A stretch of 64,000 nt of DNA from Octopus bimaculoides (GCF_001194135.2 NC_068984.1:292439-356438), one strand, 5' to 3'. Positions 26,150 to 39,619 are shown, counted from the stretch's first letter. Notes: generated from the sequence alone by a model not told the origin. Numbers and translations are program-made.

Positions 26150-26915
26150 ACCATGCCATTTGATCTACTTGTTCACGATGGCCATTAAATGTTGTTTTAG
26201 TGTCAGTCCCATTCTGCAGAATCTTGAGCAAGCCTCAGTTTAACTAAAACCTTATGAAAGTTGGAAAGGGTTGTTACTGATCTTGAGTTGATAAAGTTAA
26301 ATTGGCCCTCAATTTAACACTGTTGTTTGACCTTTGAGCACAATCCACTTCAGTGCAGCTGGGTTAGGGTTGCTGAAGAGGAGGCTCATTGGCATTGTTG
26401 CCTTTCTCTAGGTCCTGTAAAAACCTATGGCTACATTTACCATGCCATGAAATACATTTAATCTGTTTGGCATAACATCAAAACTTTGTCTAGTATGCTG
26501 TTAAACACATATTCATGCCATTAAATATGCCCATTACCTTCTATGGTATTAAATGAATGTCCTCATCCATCAGCAATTAATGTTTGTCTGCTATACCATT
26601 AAACCTATGGTAATGTCTTTCATGCCACCCAATTAACCGTCTGTTTGCTCCACCATACCATTAAGTATACGTCTGCTTACCATGTCATTAAACATAATAT
26701 CTGAGTTGCCATACACAGATCTCCACCATACCATTAATCATGTATTTGTCATACTGTTATGTATATCTATTAATTATTGGTCTATGCCTACCATCCCATT
26801 AAACATATATGCAATTAAACCCATGTCAATGTCTTTCATGCCATTAAAAATATGGTTTTATCATAAAGCATATGTCATTTAACCTATGTACAAGTCTTCC
26901 ATACCATTAAACCTT
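26150..26915 (+). repeat. Degenerate CCATTAA-core short-unit repeat array
   Basis: Exact CCATTAA at 26182, 26518, 26596, 26658, 26731, 26796, 26841 and 26904, plus variants (GCAATTAA, CCAATTAA, TCATTAA). Usually in a CATRCCATTAAACNTATG context. Confidence 0.7.
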
Positions 26916-27154
26916 TGTTTATATTTGTTTTTGCTATAAGCCACCATCAGTTTGGTCAGTTTGTATATAATCCTTTGAAGTGTTTCTGCTTTGGTTTACA
27001 ATGTCATTGTAGCCCTTCTGACCCTGTTTACCAGCTCCTACAAATGTTCACCCACGATACATGTTAATTTCGCTTTGCTGTTTTAATTATAGTCTTAATC
27101 TAATATTTATCTTGTTTGCCTCTCTGGGAAATGCCTGTGTTTTTAACAACAACT

Positions 27155-27160
27155 AATAAA
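27155..27160 (+). promoter_or_regulatory. Candidate polyadenylation signal AATAAA (possible ECT2 3' end)
   Basis: AATAAA ends about 1.5 kb of mostly TE-free, UTR-like sequence and is followed by T-rich sequence. The hexamer is common in AT-rich DNA. Confidence 0.2.
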
Positions 27161-27334
27161 GTTTCAATATTAATAGACATCATTTTATTGGGATATCATT
27201 ATTTTATTGTATCACAAATAATTCAAGCTTATTTTTTCATAATTTCGTTATTTAATCAGTGACAATATTTTGAGTCAATGATAATCAAAAGTTTTCGCAC
27301 AACTGTCACTAGTTTACTTTTTGCATACAGCAAA

Positions 27335-27650
27335 TCATCATCATCGTTTAACGTCCGCTTTCCATGCTAGCATGGGTTGGACGATTTGCCTGAGGACTGG
27401 TGAAACCGGATGGCTACACCAGGTTCCAATCTGATTTGGCAGAGTTTCTACAGCTGGATGCCCTTCCTAACGCCAACCACTCAGAGAGTGTAGTGGGTGC
27501 TTTTACGTGTCACCCGCACGAAGGCCAGTCAGGCGGTACTGGCAACGGCCACGCTCAAAATGGTGTATTTTATGTGCCACCCGCACAAGAGCCAGTCCAG
27601 GGGCACTGGCAACGATCTCACTCGAAAATCCTACGAAGGCCAGTCAGGCA
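27335..27650 (-). mobile_element. RTE 3'UTR fragment (young copy)
   Basis: CATCATCATCGTTTAACGTCCGCTTTCCATGCTAGCATGGG...; near-identical in type to 7600-7835. Confidence 0.85.
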
Positions 27651-27677
27651 ACGAATTTCTCTGCTGATATTGACAGA

Positions 27678-27679
<2 letters not shown>

Positions 27680-27718
<39 letters not shown>

Positions 27719-27768
27719 GTGATAACAACAGCAATAATAATAATAATAATANNNNNNNNNNCAACAGC

Positions 27769-27802
<34 letters not shown>

Positions 27803-27846
27803 GTGATGATGATGATAGCAATAAAACAACAACAACAACAACAACA
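27680..27846. repeat. Compound (AAT)n/(GAT)n/(AAC)n microsatellite
   Basis: Directly visible, with a 10-N gap. Confidence 0.95.
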
Positions 27847-29365
27847 GTGTTGATATGAGCATGTTGGTAGAGTTATTGTTTATAGTTGGACTTCAATTTA
27901 TTCTTGTGTTTGCTTTTTTAATTTTTTTTATGGGTTTCAGTTATTGGGTTGCGGCTATGCTGGAGCATAGTGCCATTTTCAAGAGTTTTACATAATCACA
28001 TTGACCTCAGTACTTCAGTTTGGAACTTATCTATTGATCCTGTTTCTCAAATTGCTAAGTTACATTTTGACTCAAAGGAGATGACATGCCAGTAAACACA
28101 CTGGTATGTTTGTGTGTGTGTGTCCGTGTTTCCATAATCATCATAATCCATCTGTTTTCCAAGCGACTGTAGGTTAGATGGTTTGATAGGATCTTATGAA
28201 GCAGGGGACTGAGTGGAGGTGCAATGTCGAGAGCAGTGGCTTTATGCCAGGCATTGAGAGGTTAACCTATGATAGATGGACAGGAATAAGTGTTTCGGCC
28301 GTAGAAGAGGTACAGGACTATCCCAGCAGGAAAGGGAGACAAAATGGGGGTGATAAGGTATTGTGGGGTGGTGGTGGTGGTGGCTATAAGAAAAAGTAGA
28401 GAAATGAAGATGGCTAGATTTGTAGGTTCCTGAGATTGTGAAAGGAGATTGACAAATGATTAGAGATGAGAATAGAAGTGAATGGGGAACATGGGTGGAG
28501 GTGTAGACAATGATGCATCTCAGTTTGTGGGGGTAAGTGAAGGAAAATAGCAGGAGGTTAAGGAAAAGAAGATGAACTGGAGAACAACAGTGGAATAGGA
28601 AGACGATGTGAAGTGTGGTGGGGACAGGAGTAAGACTGAATAAAAGAAAAACCAAAAAACCCCAGAGATTAGAGGCACACAGGGTGGATGTAGTGGGTTA
28701 CAATAAAAAAGGATTTTGATAGTGGACATGGGAGTGTTCAAGGAAAAGGGGTGTTCAATAGATGATGATGATGATGTGAGTGCAAAGTGGGTGAGAAAAG
28801 AAGTGGTCGCAAGAAGGGGGAATATTGGTAGCGCAGAAGAGTGGAATAGGTGCAACTCTGCTGTCGTATAATTACAGCAGCTGAGGAGGAAATAGTTGCA
28901 GAGAATAGTGAAGAGGGGATTGATGTTGGAGAGTTGCTGGGAAGGTAGATGAGATTTTTGTCAAGCATGGGGTTTTGACGAATCCTCTCAGTCTTTTGTC
29001 ATCTCTTTTGGTGAGGTTCAATAACCTCCTGACATTGGTTTTCACTCCTTTGTCTGATAGCTTCTTCCTGAAACTCACTCCTACAGGTTCCATCAACATT
29101 TAGTGACCAGTTCTTCTTTCTGCAACTCTCTTCATCTATACACATCACATCACACTACTTTTGATGCCTCCTACACCCGGTTTTTCTCTCTTTGTCACTG
29201 TGCACATTGGTGTTGCACATCCAGCAGAGCATGCACCCTTAATTTATTTCTAGTTTTTGCACGTTCTCTGCATTTACAGCCTACATTTTACTCCAATGTA
29301 GAATTGCTCTTCATTTATGTGTATACACACACACACACACACACATACACACATACATCTGTATG

Positions 29366-29396
<31 letters not shown>

Positions 29397-30759
29397 TAAT
29401 GAGGCAAATTCTGCTGTATATGATAGCGTTGATCCCTTGGGAGGCAAAAGGCAAAAAAGCTGCCTGCAGATGCAGAAGATATTTGGTTTATGTTCCGCAG
29501 CCAACTTCCTGCTTCTTTTCCCTCCAAGCAGTCGTTAACCTAATATATTATTACATCGTTAATAAAACTTAGATATTTCTTGATGCTTCCACAGTTATGC
29601 TGTGTATGTATGTGACTTTATCTAAATGCAGAAGGCAGCAAGTTATCTTCAGACTGAGCTCTGTTACAGACACCCACCGATGAGGTGGTGGTGTTGGTGC
29701 CGGCTTTTAAACTGGCCAATGGATTAAGTCCAGCAAGAATAGGAATGGTTCTTCTCTTTGACCTCCGACCAGACTGGTTCAAATTTCACTGACAAAATTT
29801 ACATTGTCCTAAGGTTAGGCTAAAAAGCATCTTACCCAAAATACTGTGCAAAGTGTTCAAAGCAAAAACTAAAGTTGTGAAGGGGACATTTAACCACCTT
29901 GTCATATCCTTCTGTAGCCAAAAGAATATGTACCAGTCATATTTTTGGGTTGCCTGATTGTATACCACTTTGAAGAATTTCCTTTGTCTTGTTCCTATTG
30001 GTAGAGCATCAGACGAAATGCCTCACTGTATTTCTTTTGTCTCTTTACATTCCGAGTTTAAATCTTGCAAAGGTTATCTTTGTTTTTCATCTTTTCAGGA
30101 TTGATAAACTAAAATACCAGTTACGTACTGGAGTTGATTGACTAAAAAGACATTCTTCCCTCAAAATTACTGATCTTATTCCTTAAATAGAAACAATATT
30201 ACTGAGTACACTTAATTTTCAATTTGTTACTGAACACAGCTTTGTGGGCCTTGGACTCCTGTATTTTCTATTCACACTAGTCTATCAATGTGATACTTAG
30301 TAATGATGTTTCCTGTATGTTGTCTAAGTCTTGGGATTTTGTTATGTATTTCATCATCATCCTTTTACCGTTCATTTTTCCATACTTGCATGGGTCAGAA
30401 TTTATTAAGGTGGATTATTTTATGGCTGGAGGCTCTCTCTGTTGCCAACCCTCACCTGTTTCCAAGGAAGGTAATATTTCCCCACCCCTTGGCTAGACAT
30501 GTTTTTCAAGGTAGATTGGAAATGAAGGCCACCGCTTGTACGACAGTGGTGCTCACTTACATCTGTTCTGCAAAGTCAAAGCAAAAAGATGTACACGCAT
30601 GTATACGATGGGCTTCTATACAGTTTCCATTTACCAGATTCACTCACAAAGCATTGGTTGACCTGGGGCTATAGTAGAAGAAACTTGTTCTAGCTACCAT
30701 GCAGTGGGATTGAACCTGAAGCCATCTGACTAAGCCATGCCTGCACCAATTTGTGTACA

Positions 30760-30910
30760 GATATTTATGTCCCTCCCAAAGCCCCTTTTATAGGAATTGT
30801 CTCTGCTTCCAACCCCTACATTTTGCTTATCGCTATTTCCAGCTCTTCGAGTTGCTTTGTCAGTTACAGACCAGTTCTTGTACTTCTTTTCTGTCATTCT
30901 TTCATAATAC
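30760..30910 (-). mobile_element. Decayed R4/Dong REL-endonuclease remnant
   Basis: Minus frame KQLEELEIAISKM*GLEAETIPIKGALGG resembles the R4-clade C-terminal LRIEIERMW...TIPIVIGALG. Confidence 0.5.
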
Positions 30911-31878
30911 TGGAGAGGGCAGAGAGGGCACGAATCTGGGGCAGCAGCAGCAGCAGCAGGTGATGATTGAGGGTCTTCAGCTGCTCTCTCACCCTTCCTC
31001 ACTGAAAATGCCCACAACTTTTCTGGTTGTCTTTCTATTATATTGTGTATATAATTTTTAAATGTTTTGTTTGATGGGTCCCCCCCTCTTTGTTGTGTAT
31101 GTACACACCTGTATGTTTATAGAAAGCATTTTGTATATATTTGAGTGGTCAAAGGAAGGTAGATTGGTAGAATCATTAGTATTGGACAACGTTTAGTAAC
31201 AGTACCCTCCACCCTGAGTTCAGTTCCTGTCAAGGTGAACTTGTCTTTTTTATTCTTCCAGGGTCACTGAAATAAAATACTAACCAAGGTTTGATCTAAA
31301 CGAATATCCTTTCCCCTCAAAACTTCCGGCTTTGTATCAGTGTTAGAAGCAATTATTACTATTAAATTCGGTGGGTTGACAGAGTCGTTGGAGCATTAAA
31401 CCTCACCACTGCACCAAAAAAAAAAAGAAAAGCTTGGGTTTTTTCCAGCTCCGTCCATTCTTCATTGCAATTCCACTGAGATCAGCTTTACTTTTTCATT
31501 TCTCTGGGATTGACAAAAGGAAGTATCTGTCAAATAATGGGGTTGATGGTTTCAAGTAACTCCACCCCCTAAAACTACACCCTTTCTGCCATTATTACTA
31601 GTCCTGTTTATTGAAATAAATACTTTAGTTAACCACAGCCTTGTTCTCTTTAAAGTTGAGCTTTTGTAGGGATGAGGGAAATGTTTATTGTGTGTGTGTT
31701 CTTTGTTAACGTTCTTAATATAATTTCTTGCCATTCAGTAAAGAATCATGGAATGAAATAAGCAATCTCTTGGCATTGTCACACATCATATTTTCTTTTT
31801 TCTTGACAGACCAAAATCACGAAGAGTCTGGCTGCAGACTGCTTTGTCTTACGGGGATCAATTTACAACAGCTGCTCT

Positions 31879-31880
<2 letters not shown>

Positions 31881-31929
<49 letters not shown>
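31881..31929. repeat. (TCTG)n microsatellite
   Basis: Directly visible. Confidence 0.95.
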
Positions 31930-32491
31930 CACTTCAGCTGTGAAAAGAAAATTACTCCGAAGATACATCGCAACGTTTTATATTTGTGAAATCTCTACCC
32001 CCCCATCCATGTCAGCAAGAACAAGACCCAAATGACAAGGCATTTATTAATGAATACAACGTCAATTGTAATTGTTCTAAGTCCTACATTTGCTGTTAGT
32101 CTTGGAACTATTTGACATGGCCATTAAGGAATTCAGCAGTGTCAACAGAATATCAATAATGAATATAAAAATTATACTTTAGCTTTATATTGGTCGTATT
32201 ATTTCATGGAACAGATAATTAACTTGTTTCTAGTTAGACTACTATTATGACTATATCTCCCTCCCATGTATATAATACTCACTCATACAGATATATAATA
32301 TTAGATGATAATATAATGATGTACCTCCCTATATGTAATTACACACATAGTTGGGTTTTGTTTTGGTGTGGTTCAGCGCACTTCATTTAAATGAAACTAG
32401 AAGATGCTGAATTCAGTTTACAATGTTTTATGAAAATAATCTAGAGCAGCTGGCATGGAAGAAATGAAATGTAATGAAATGAAACGAAACG

Positions 32492-32559
<68 letters not shown>

Positions 32560-33244
32560 TAAAATATTGTGTATGTGTGCTGGTTACGAGCCAATGATTC
32601 TGTAAAAATAAACTTTTGATATCTGAATACACTGTTTTTTTTTTTTACCTCTTGTTAATGTTATTTGGCAAGACATGAATTTCAGAGAGTAATTTGCTTA
32701 AGAACAGGACACATTTGGCAAGCAAACTTCTCTCTACATTGAAACATTATCGATGTCTGTGTTGGTGTCAACTCTGTTACTGAGTTAAATGGTAAAGTGG
32801 TACAAAGTCACTGTTATCGTAGTTAATGTAATGAACCAATATGTGTTAATTAAAATTACAGGTACAATGAAGAAAAAAAATGAACTTTATTAATTCTGGT
32901 CAAAGCAGTAGTGACAACCCTGGACATGTTCCAGTCTTATTGGACTCCTCAGTGAGACAGCTTCTACTGGTACTTCCAGAAAAAAATATCCACCTACCCA
33001 TATATAGGTGAGTGAATTTATATTTGTCAAGGGCTCTGCAACTTCTCTAGTGCCACTGAGTGCCAAGATACNNNNNNNNNNCCCCCAATACACAATAAAG
33101 TGATTGATGGTTGAATGAAGATGGAATAGAGTGAAGAAGAGCTTTTAGTCTTGTCTTGTTGAGGACATAACAACTTTCCTAGTGTTGGTGTCATGATAAA
33201 ATGCACTGAGAACACTCTGGAAAATGAGTGATAGGAAAGGCATA

Positions 33245-34628
33245 CAGCTTCCCATGCGGTTGGTGTATGTAACCTGTTCAACATCAACACAGTTTCCCAT
33301 GCGGTTGGTGTATGTAACCTGTTCAACATCAACACAATTTCCCATGCGGTTGGTGTATGTAACCTGTTCAACATCAACACAATTTCCCATGCGGTTGCTG
33401 TATGTAACCTGTTCAACATCAACACAATNNNNNNNNNNNNNNNNNNNNNNNNNNNNNNNNNNNNNNNNNNNNNNNNNNNNNNNNNNNNNNNNNNNNNNNN
33501 NNNNNNNNNNNNNNNNNNNNNNNNNNNNNNNNNNNNNNNNNNNNNNNNNNNNNNNNNNNNNNNNNNNNNNNNNNNNNNNNNNNNNNNNNNNNNNNNNNNN
33601 NNNNNNNNNNNNNNNNNNNNNNNNNNNNNNNNNNNNNNNNNNNNNNNNNNNNNNNNNNNNNNNNNNNNNNNNNNNNNNNNNNNNNNNNNNNNNNNNNNNN
33701 NNNNNNNNNNNNNNNNNNNNNNNNNNNNNNNNNNNNNNNNNNNNNNNNNNNNNNNNNNNNNNNNNNNNNNNNNNNNNNNNNNNNNNNNNNNNNNNNNNNN
33801 NNNNNNNNNNNNNNNNNNNNNNNNNNNNNNNNNNNNNNNNNNNNNNNNNNNNNNNNNNNNNNNNNNNNNNNNNNNNNNNNNNNNNNNNNNNNNNNNNNNN
33901 NNNNNNNNNNNNNNNNNNNNNNNNNNNNNNNNNNNNNNNNNNNNNNNNNNNNNNNNNNNNNNNNNNNNNNNNNNNNNNNNNNNNNNNNNNNNNNNNNNNN
34001 NNNNNNNNNNNNNNNNNNNNNNNNNNNNNNNNNNNNNNNNNNNNNNNNNNNNNNNNNNNNNNNNNNNNNNNNNNNNNNNNNNNNNNNNNNNNNNNNNNNN
34101 NNNNNNNNNNNNNNNNNNNNNNNNNNNNNNNNNNNNNNNNNNNNNNNNNNNNNNNNNNNNNNNNNNNNNNNNNNNNNNNNNNNNNNNNNNNNNNNNNNNN
34201 NNNNNNNNNNNNNNNNNNNNNNNNNNNNNNNNNNNNNNNNNNNNNNNNNNNNNNNNNNNNNNNNNNNNNNNNNNNNNNNNNNNNNNNNNNNNNNNNNNNN
34301 NNNNNNNNNNNNNNNNNNNNNNNNNNNNNNNNNNNNNNNNNNTGTTCAACATCAACACAATTTCCCAACAGTTGGTGTATGTAACCTGTTCAACATCAAC
34401 ACAATTTCCCATGCGGTTGGTGTATGTAACCTGTTCAACATCAACACAATTTCCCATGCGGTTGCTGTATGTAACCTGTTCAACATCAACACAATTTCCC
34501 AACGGTTGGTGTATATAACCTGTTCAACATCAACACAATTTCCCATGCGGTTGGTGTATGTAACCTGTTCAACATCAACACAATTTCCCATGCGGTTGCT
34601 GTATGTAACCTGTTCAACATCAACACAA
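33245..34628. repeat. 45-bp minisatellite spanning a 914-N gap
   Basis: Unit CCCATGCGGTTGGTGTATGTAACCTGTTCAACATCAACACAATTT. About 4 copies left and 6 right of the gap. Period measured from 33301 to 33346. Confidence 0.95.
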
Positions 34629-35799
34629 CCAGTCCTGTTTTAAAGAGTGTGTGTTACTTTACTTTGTGGCGTCATAACCCAAATTTCTCATTCCAGTCTT
34701 TTCCGAGGATTTCCCGGTAAGGATTGTCAGTAATGTAGCAGAATCCTGAATGAATGGAAGTCGAGTCTCTGAGTGAATAAAAACATGATATTTTTCCTTT
34801 GATAACCAGTGGTAGGCTGGAAGGATTCTTGGCATTTTATTCAGTTGATAAAATGGCTGGTTTACTGATTTTTGTGTCAGGTTTCTTCAGAAATGATATT
34901 AATTTCAGCTGCATTGTCTCAATGATTGCAGAGCAATGTGAGATGAAGTATTCTGCTCAAGAACACAACGCACCACCCGGTCCAACAATTGAAACCATGA
35001 CCTCACGTTCGCAACATCCTAACCATTAAGGCATGTGCCCCCCACCATAGAAATGGATGTAGAATATAAAAGAAATGATGAGAGTTTGTTCATAAGATAT
35101 TTAGTTACATCATCTTACGTAAGTTTCATTAACAAAAAGAATGTTTATTTATTGCAGAATGAAACTGTGCTGTCCTTTCCTTTCTGTCTTCATCATATTG
35201 ACCGGGATTTGACTGCTATTTTGGGTAGACTGAGTTACAATATAAAGACTACCTCATTAGGTCAACGATATATCTTTGTACGCTGTAATAGAATTTTGAT
35301 AACATTCCCATGTTTTGTAAGGGAGGTAACTGTACAGCATAACATAACCACTTTAGAATTACTACTCTTCATTCGAGTTGTTCCATGATTTTCACATCCC
35401 TGTGAGGGCAGAATTTAAAGGGAAAACAACAAGTTACTTTCATGTTTTTTCTACTTGAATTTGTGATATAACCGAGAAATTTCCTGATGAAAATGAAATG
35501 TTTATAGTTTTCCTTAATGATATACTTTATTATATCTAATTAATATGTATTGATTCCAACCCTAATACGTGCACATTTACATTACATCACAAAATAAATA
35601 TTTCCTATTATTGCTATACATTACACTCTCTGGCTCCTAATTATTATCATTTTCTTATGTTCTGTAGATTACTCGTTATTTCAATGAAACTTTGTGTCAA
35701 ACATGCTCGGGGATGAGGTGCAATGATTCAGAAGTGACAAGCTGTCCAAACATAGAAGTCAACTGAGATGTTACTTTCTTCCTTTGTACTGTATTATGT

Positions 35800-36310
35800 C
35801 CATAACTGTCCTTTACAAGTCAGTATAACCAGGCAGTTTGTCCCATACTTTCGCTAAAAATGTCGTAGACGGACATAGAAACCCTCTCAGTTTTCCCATC
35901 ATTGACTCAGTGGAATATCAAGGATGTGACAACGAAAGGGTTTTTGGAAGTTATTGCAGGAGATTAGTGAGACTAGGACGAAGAGTAAAAGGGATGTTGA
36001 GGAGAATTCATTGCAGTGTATTCAAGAAATGGTTCGTTTGAACATGAAATTCTTGTAAATGTAGAAAAATTGTTTTCATGCAACCTATACACAACATAAC
36101 AAGCTTCAGAGTCGATAAAAGGAGAAACATAATGTGCTGTGTAATTCCAGAAAATACTAGATTGTGTAATAGTTGTGGTGGGTGATGTATGCGTAACGAT
36201 TCTGATGTCATTAGACAAAGGTGACCACGGTGTATTCATTCAAATATAATGCAAGACTTCTGGAGAGACGAGTAAGAGAATGGGTTACCTCTACCACAGA
36301 ACATACTTTG
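35800..36310 (+). mobile_element. Heavily decayed DNA transposase remnant, possibly Chapaev3/Transib-like
   Basis: Across frames: KNVV, FPSLTQWNIK, FSCNL, IPEN...IRQR*...NIMQDFW. These weakly echo, in order, the Chapaev3 motifs KNFV, FPxLSEAKIK, GCNMSLK, FPEN...EKRY...MLADYCW. Many stops and frameshifts. Confidence 0.3.
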
Positions 36311-37475
36311 AAATCCAGAAGCAGAAACTAAATGCAAATTAGAGAGGGAAAAAAACCGTTCTATGCAACAAAAGCAGTATTAGACTAAAATAGTTATTTG
36401 TATATCATATTTGATACATAAAAAATGCTAAAGGTAAATTAACTATGAATTCGTTTGGGACTCAAATCCTTTATGGATGCGTTAACCTAGTACTACTACT
36501 TCTGCATATAATGGATTTTTATTCAGTCGAGCGGCTAATCGCAACATCAGTGATTTTTCCTTTTACCTGGATTCTGGATTCTTTAGTCCTACGTACAATT
36601 GATAACAAAAATATACCAGTAAAAAATGTAGGATTGATACAAATATGCAACCTTGACCTTGTTCTAATAAGAGAAATCTTATATTCTCATAACTATATCC
36701 ACTAATTAATGACAGCTGACTATGTTCTACTGATTCAAAGTTCAAATATTCCAAAACAATGATTCACCAAGTAATTTTTTTTTTGCTATCGAAATTGACT
36801 TTTTAAAAGTTTTTGTCATTTTTTTGTCTTCCAAGTAACTTGGCAACTTATGGCTTTTACGAAAATAAAATTAATTTCACGAAAACCAATATGTAATAGC
36901 AATTACGGCGTGGAAGATACATATCAGTGATTCAAAAATATGCAAAAACTGTTAACTTCTCTTAATTATTTGTTTTGTGTCAACATTTTCTTCACACTAA
37001 CTGCAACCTGGTCACTGACATGGTTCCACTGGAACTAGTCTGAGATGAAGCTGTTGGTCAGTATATATAGTTTTCAGGATTTTGAATATAATTCACTCTC
37101 ATATATAGGTCAGTCATTCCAGTTGTCATTGTCTGATTCTCAAAGTAGAATCCGTTAATTTGGCTTTTGGTTCAAATTTATGTAGTCTTTTGTCCTTCCT
37201 TCTTTCAGACAAACAAAACATAAAATCTATTCGATAAAAATACAAATTCTGTAGAAATATGCCTCCCCAAAGCAACCCGATTTCTTTTTCTAGATATATT
37301 TCATTCTATTTGACCATTGTGACCACATATCTAAAGAAATACTCCCTTCTTTCCCTGATTAAACGTTTTACAGATTATTAACTTCATCTTTAGTGATGAG
37401 ATATATTTAAATATTTATATCTGAATAAATTTTGTTCAGTTAAAAATCGCCAATAGTCGTCAGGTGTCTCAATCT

Positions 37476-37543
<68 letters not shown>

Positions 37544-38089
37544 TACATTATATATATATATATATATATACATTACAGCAGCCTGCAGCTCACATAACAT
37601 TTCTGACAGCTGGTTCAGCTCACCATTGATCAGACAGCTGACAGTTATATGATGGTCCAAAATTTAAACAGTAACACAGCAACTTTGATCAAGACCTTAT
37701 AGTCAGACAGCTCAATTAAATTGTGACATACAGCTCGTAGCTTTGATCACACACTCTTGTAGTCAGGCAGCCAAGACAGAGCTGTCTATTCTAGATCAAG
37801 AGCATAATTTCATTGCTCCCCAGCTTGCTTTTTACTAAAAGCACGTCTTAACTGGAATGTAGTGTCATTCATGCATGCACAGTTTATACACATACACATC
37901 TAAATACAAACTTAGTTTGCATGTTCTCACATTTATTTATTACACTCTGTACATGCCTACTGAAGATTTACATACAGGCATATCCTTTCGTGAATATCTA
38001 CAGACTCACTTGGATAAATATAAGTACACTCACATATACATACATGCATACATACAAACAGACATACGCACGCACACAAAAACACACAC

Positions 38090-39260
38090 GGATAAAGAGG
38101 TTATCGTTGCTGTAACCAAATAAAGAAATTATCGTTGCTGTAGATGCATCAGATTATGGAATAGGAGCAGTAGTCTAGCATAAAATGGTGGATGGGTCAC
38201 ATTAACCAGTTATGCCTACTTCAAAAAGTCTATCAAGAGTTGAAAAGAAATGTTCACAAATAGAAAAGGAAGCAGTGGCACTTGTTTATGCAGTAAAAAA
38301 ATTCCATCGCATGATATATGGTAGAATGTTTCCTCTTCAAACTGACCATAAACCACTCTGGAAAATATTTGGTTCAAAATCTGGAATCTCAGTATATACA
38401 GCGAATTGTTTGCAGCGCTGGGCAACTCTGCTTTTGGGCTGTAATTTAATTTGAAGTATCGACTTTATCTTTTGATTATCTTTCACTACAAATAACTGAA
38501 TACTCAGCAATGACCGAAGACGTCCTAATTGCCAATACGAACATCGAAGCTGAGATGCAACGAGTGCCAATGGATTCAATCAGATTTTTACCTGTTATTT
38601 TAGAGTTGGTAAAACAAGAAACATTAAACGAACCTGTTCTACAAAAAGTTATTAAATATCATAGATATGTCTGTGATAAAGATATGCAACAGTTCAGTTG
38701 GAAGTGTGATTATCTCTCAGTTGTTGATGACTGTTTAATGATGGCTAATCGTACTGTTATTCCAAACAGTCTTAAAAAGTTGGTAGTTAACAAATTTCAC
38801 AAACATCATCCAGGAACATGAAGAACGAAGGCTTTAGCAAGAAGCTACATTTATTTTTGGGGACTTGACAAAGATATTGAATCTCTTGTGTAAACATGTT
38901 CGAAATGTGCAAAAGCCTCATAATTACTTATTTGGATAAGCACTCCCTGGTCAATTCCAAAAGCAGCACCATAACCAGTTAAGATGGAGGAGAGAGAGAG
39001 CCGTCAATACCACTATCTATGAATCAAGATCAAGGAAATAGGAAAAATCAAGACATTCAAACTCAATTAGAAAGTTTCGGTAGGTTCAGTTGGAATAGAG
39101 AATCTGCTGAATACGTACAGGTAAACCCTCAAAATAAAACTACTTTGTCAAATTTACGATGGTCCAGTGGAAATCGAAAGCCTGCTGAATACATAGAGGT
39201 AAACTCTCAAAATAAAACTTATATACCAACTATTCATCTTTTAATGAAAAGGGAGATGAG
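38090..39260 (+). mobile_element. Internally deleted Gypsy (Ty3) LTR retrotransposon pol remnant
   Basis: RNase H motifs VDASDYGIGAV, SQIEKEA.ALVYAVKKFH, TDHKPL, LQRWA. Integrase zinc-finger H..HPG...C..C at about 38800-38910. C-terminal tail followed by a PPT-like GAAAAGGGAGA-TG at about 39247. Confidence 0.85.
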
Positions 39261-39619
39261 ACAACCCCATTTGTCTTGACACAAAACATTGTTTTATTGT
39301 CATCCAATCAGTGGATACGATTCTATCATGTTTTTCACCCCCCCCCATATCATTTATTATTTAAGCTTACGTCGATTCGTCCGAGGAGATAACTTTATGC
39401 ACTCTACCAAATGACAATAAAAATACATTGACTCTTTGTTGTGAATTTACTGTTTTCGCCTGAGTACACTGTGGTACAGACGGTTTATGTTGCATCGTGG
39501 ACAATTGAAGTTACAGTTCTCCATTTTGCACTTTGGTTTGGAATTGTTGCAATGTTTTCTTTGTTCGTTTATAAAGTTATTATCTGAGCACAATATCATT
39601 ATTCGTCTTATAACATTTT

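Noticed and set aside
30811-30900. Apparent 90-nt minus-strand exon YYERMTEKKYKNW...
   Set aside because: Another frame of the same sequence matches the R4/Dong C-terminus, so it is a TE remnant.
33245-34628. CRISPR-like array
   Set aside because: Head-to-tail identical units with no unique spacers, in a eukaryotic context with no cas genes.
37570-37945. 5' LTR of the Gypsy remnant (CAGCT-rich segment)
   Set aside because: It does not match the sequence after the PPT at about 39258 and no PBS was recognised, so it cannot be supported as an LTR.
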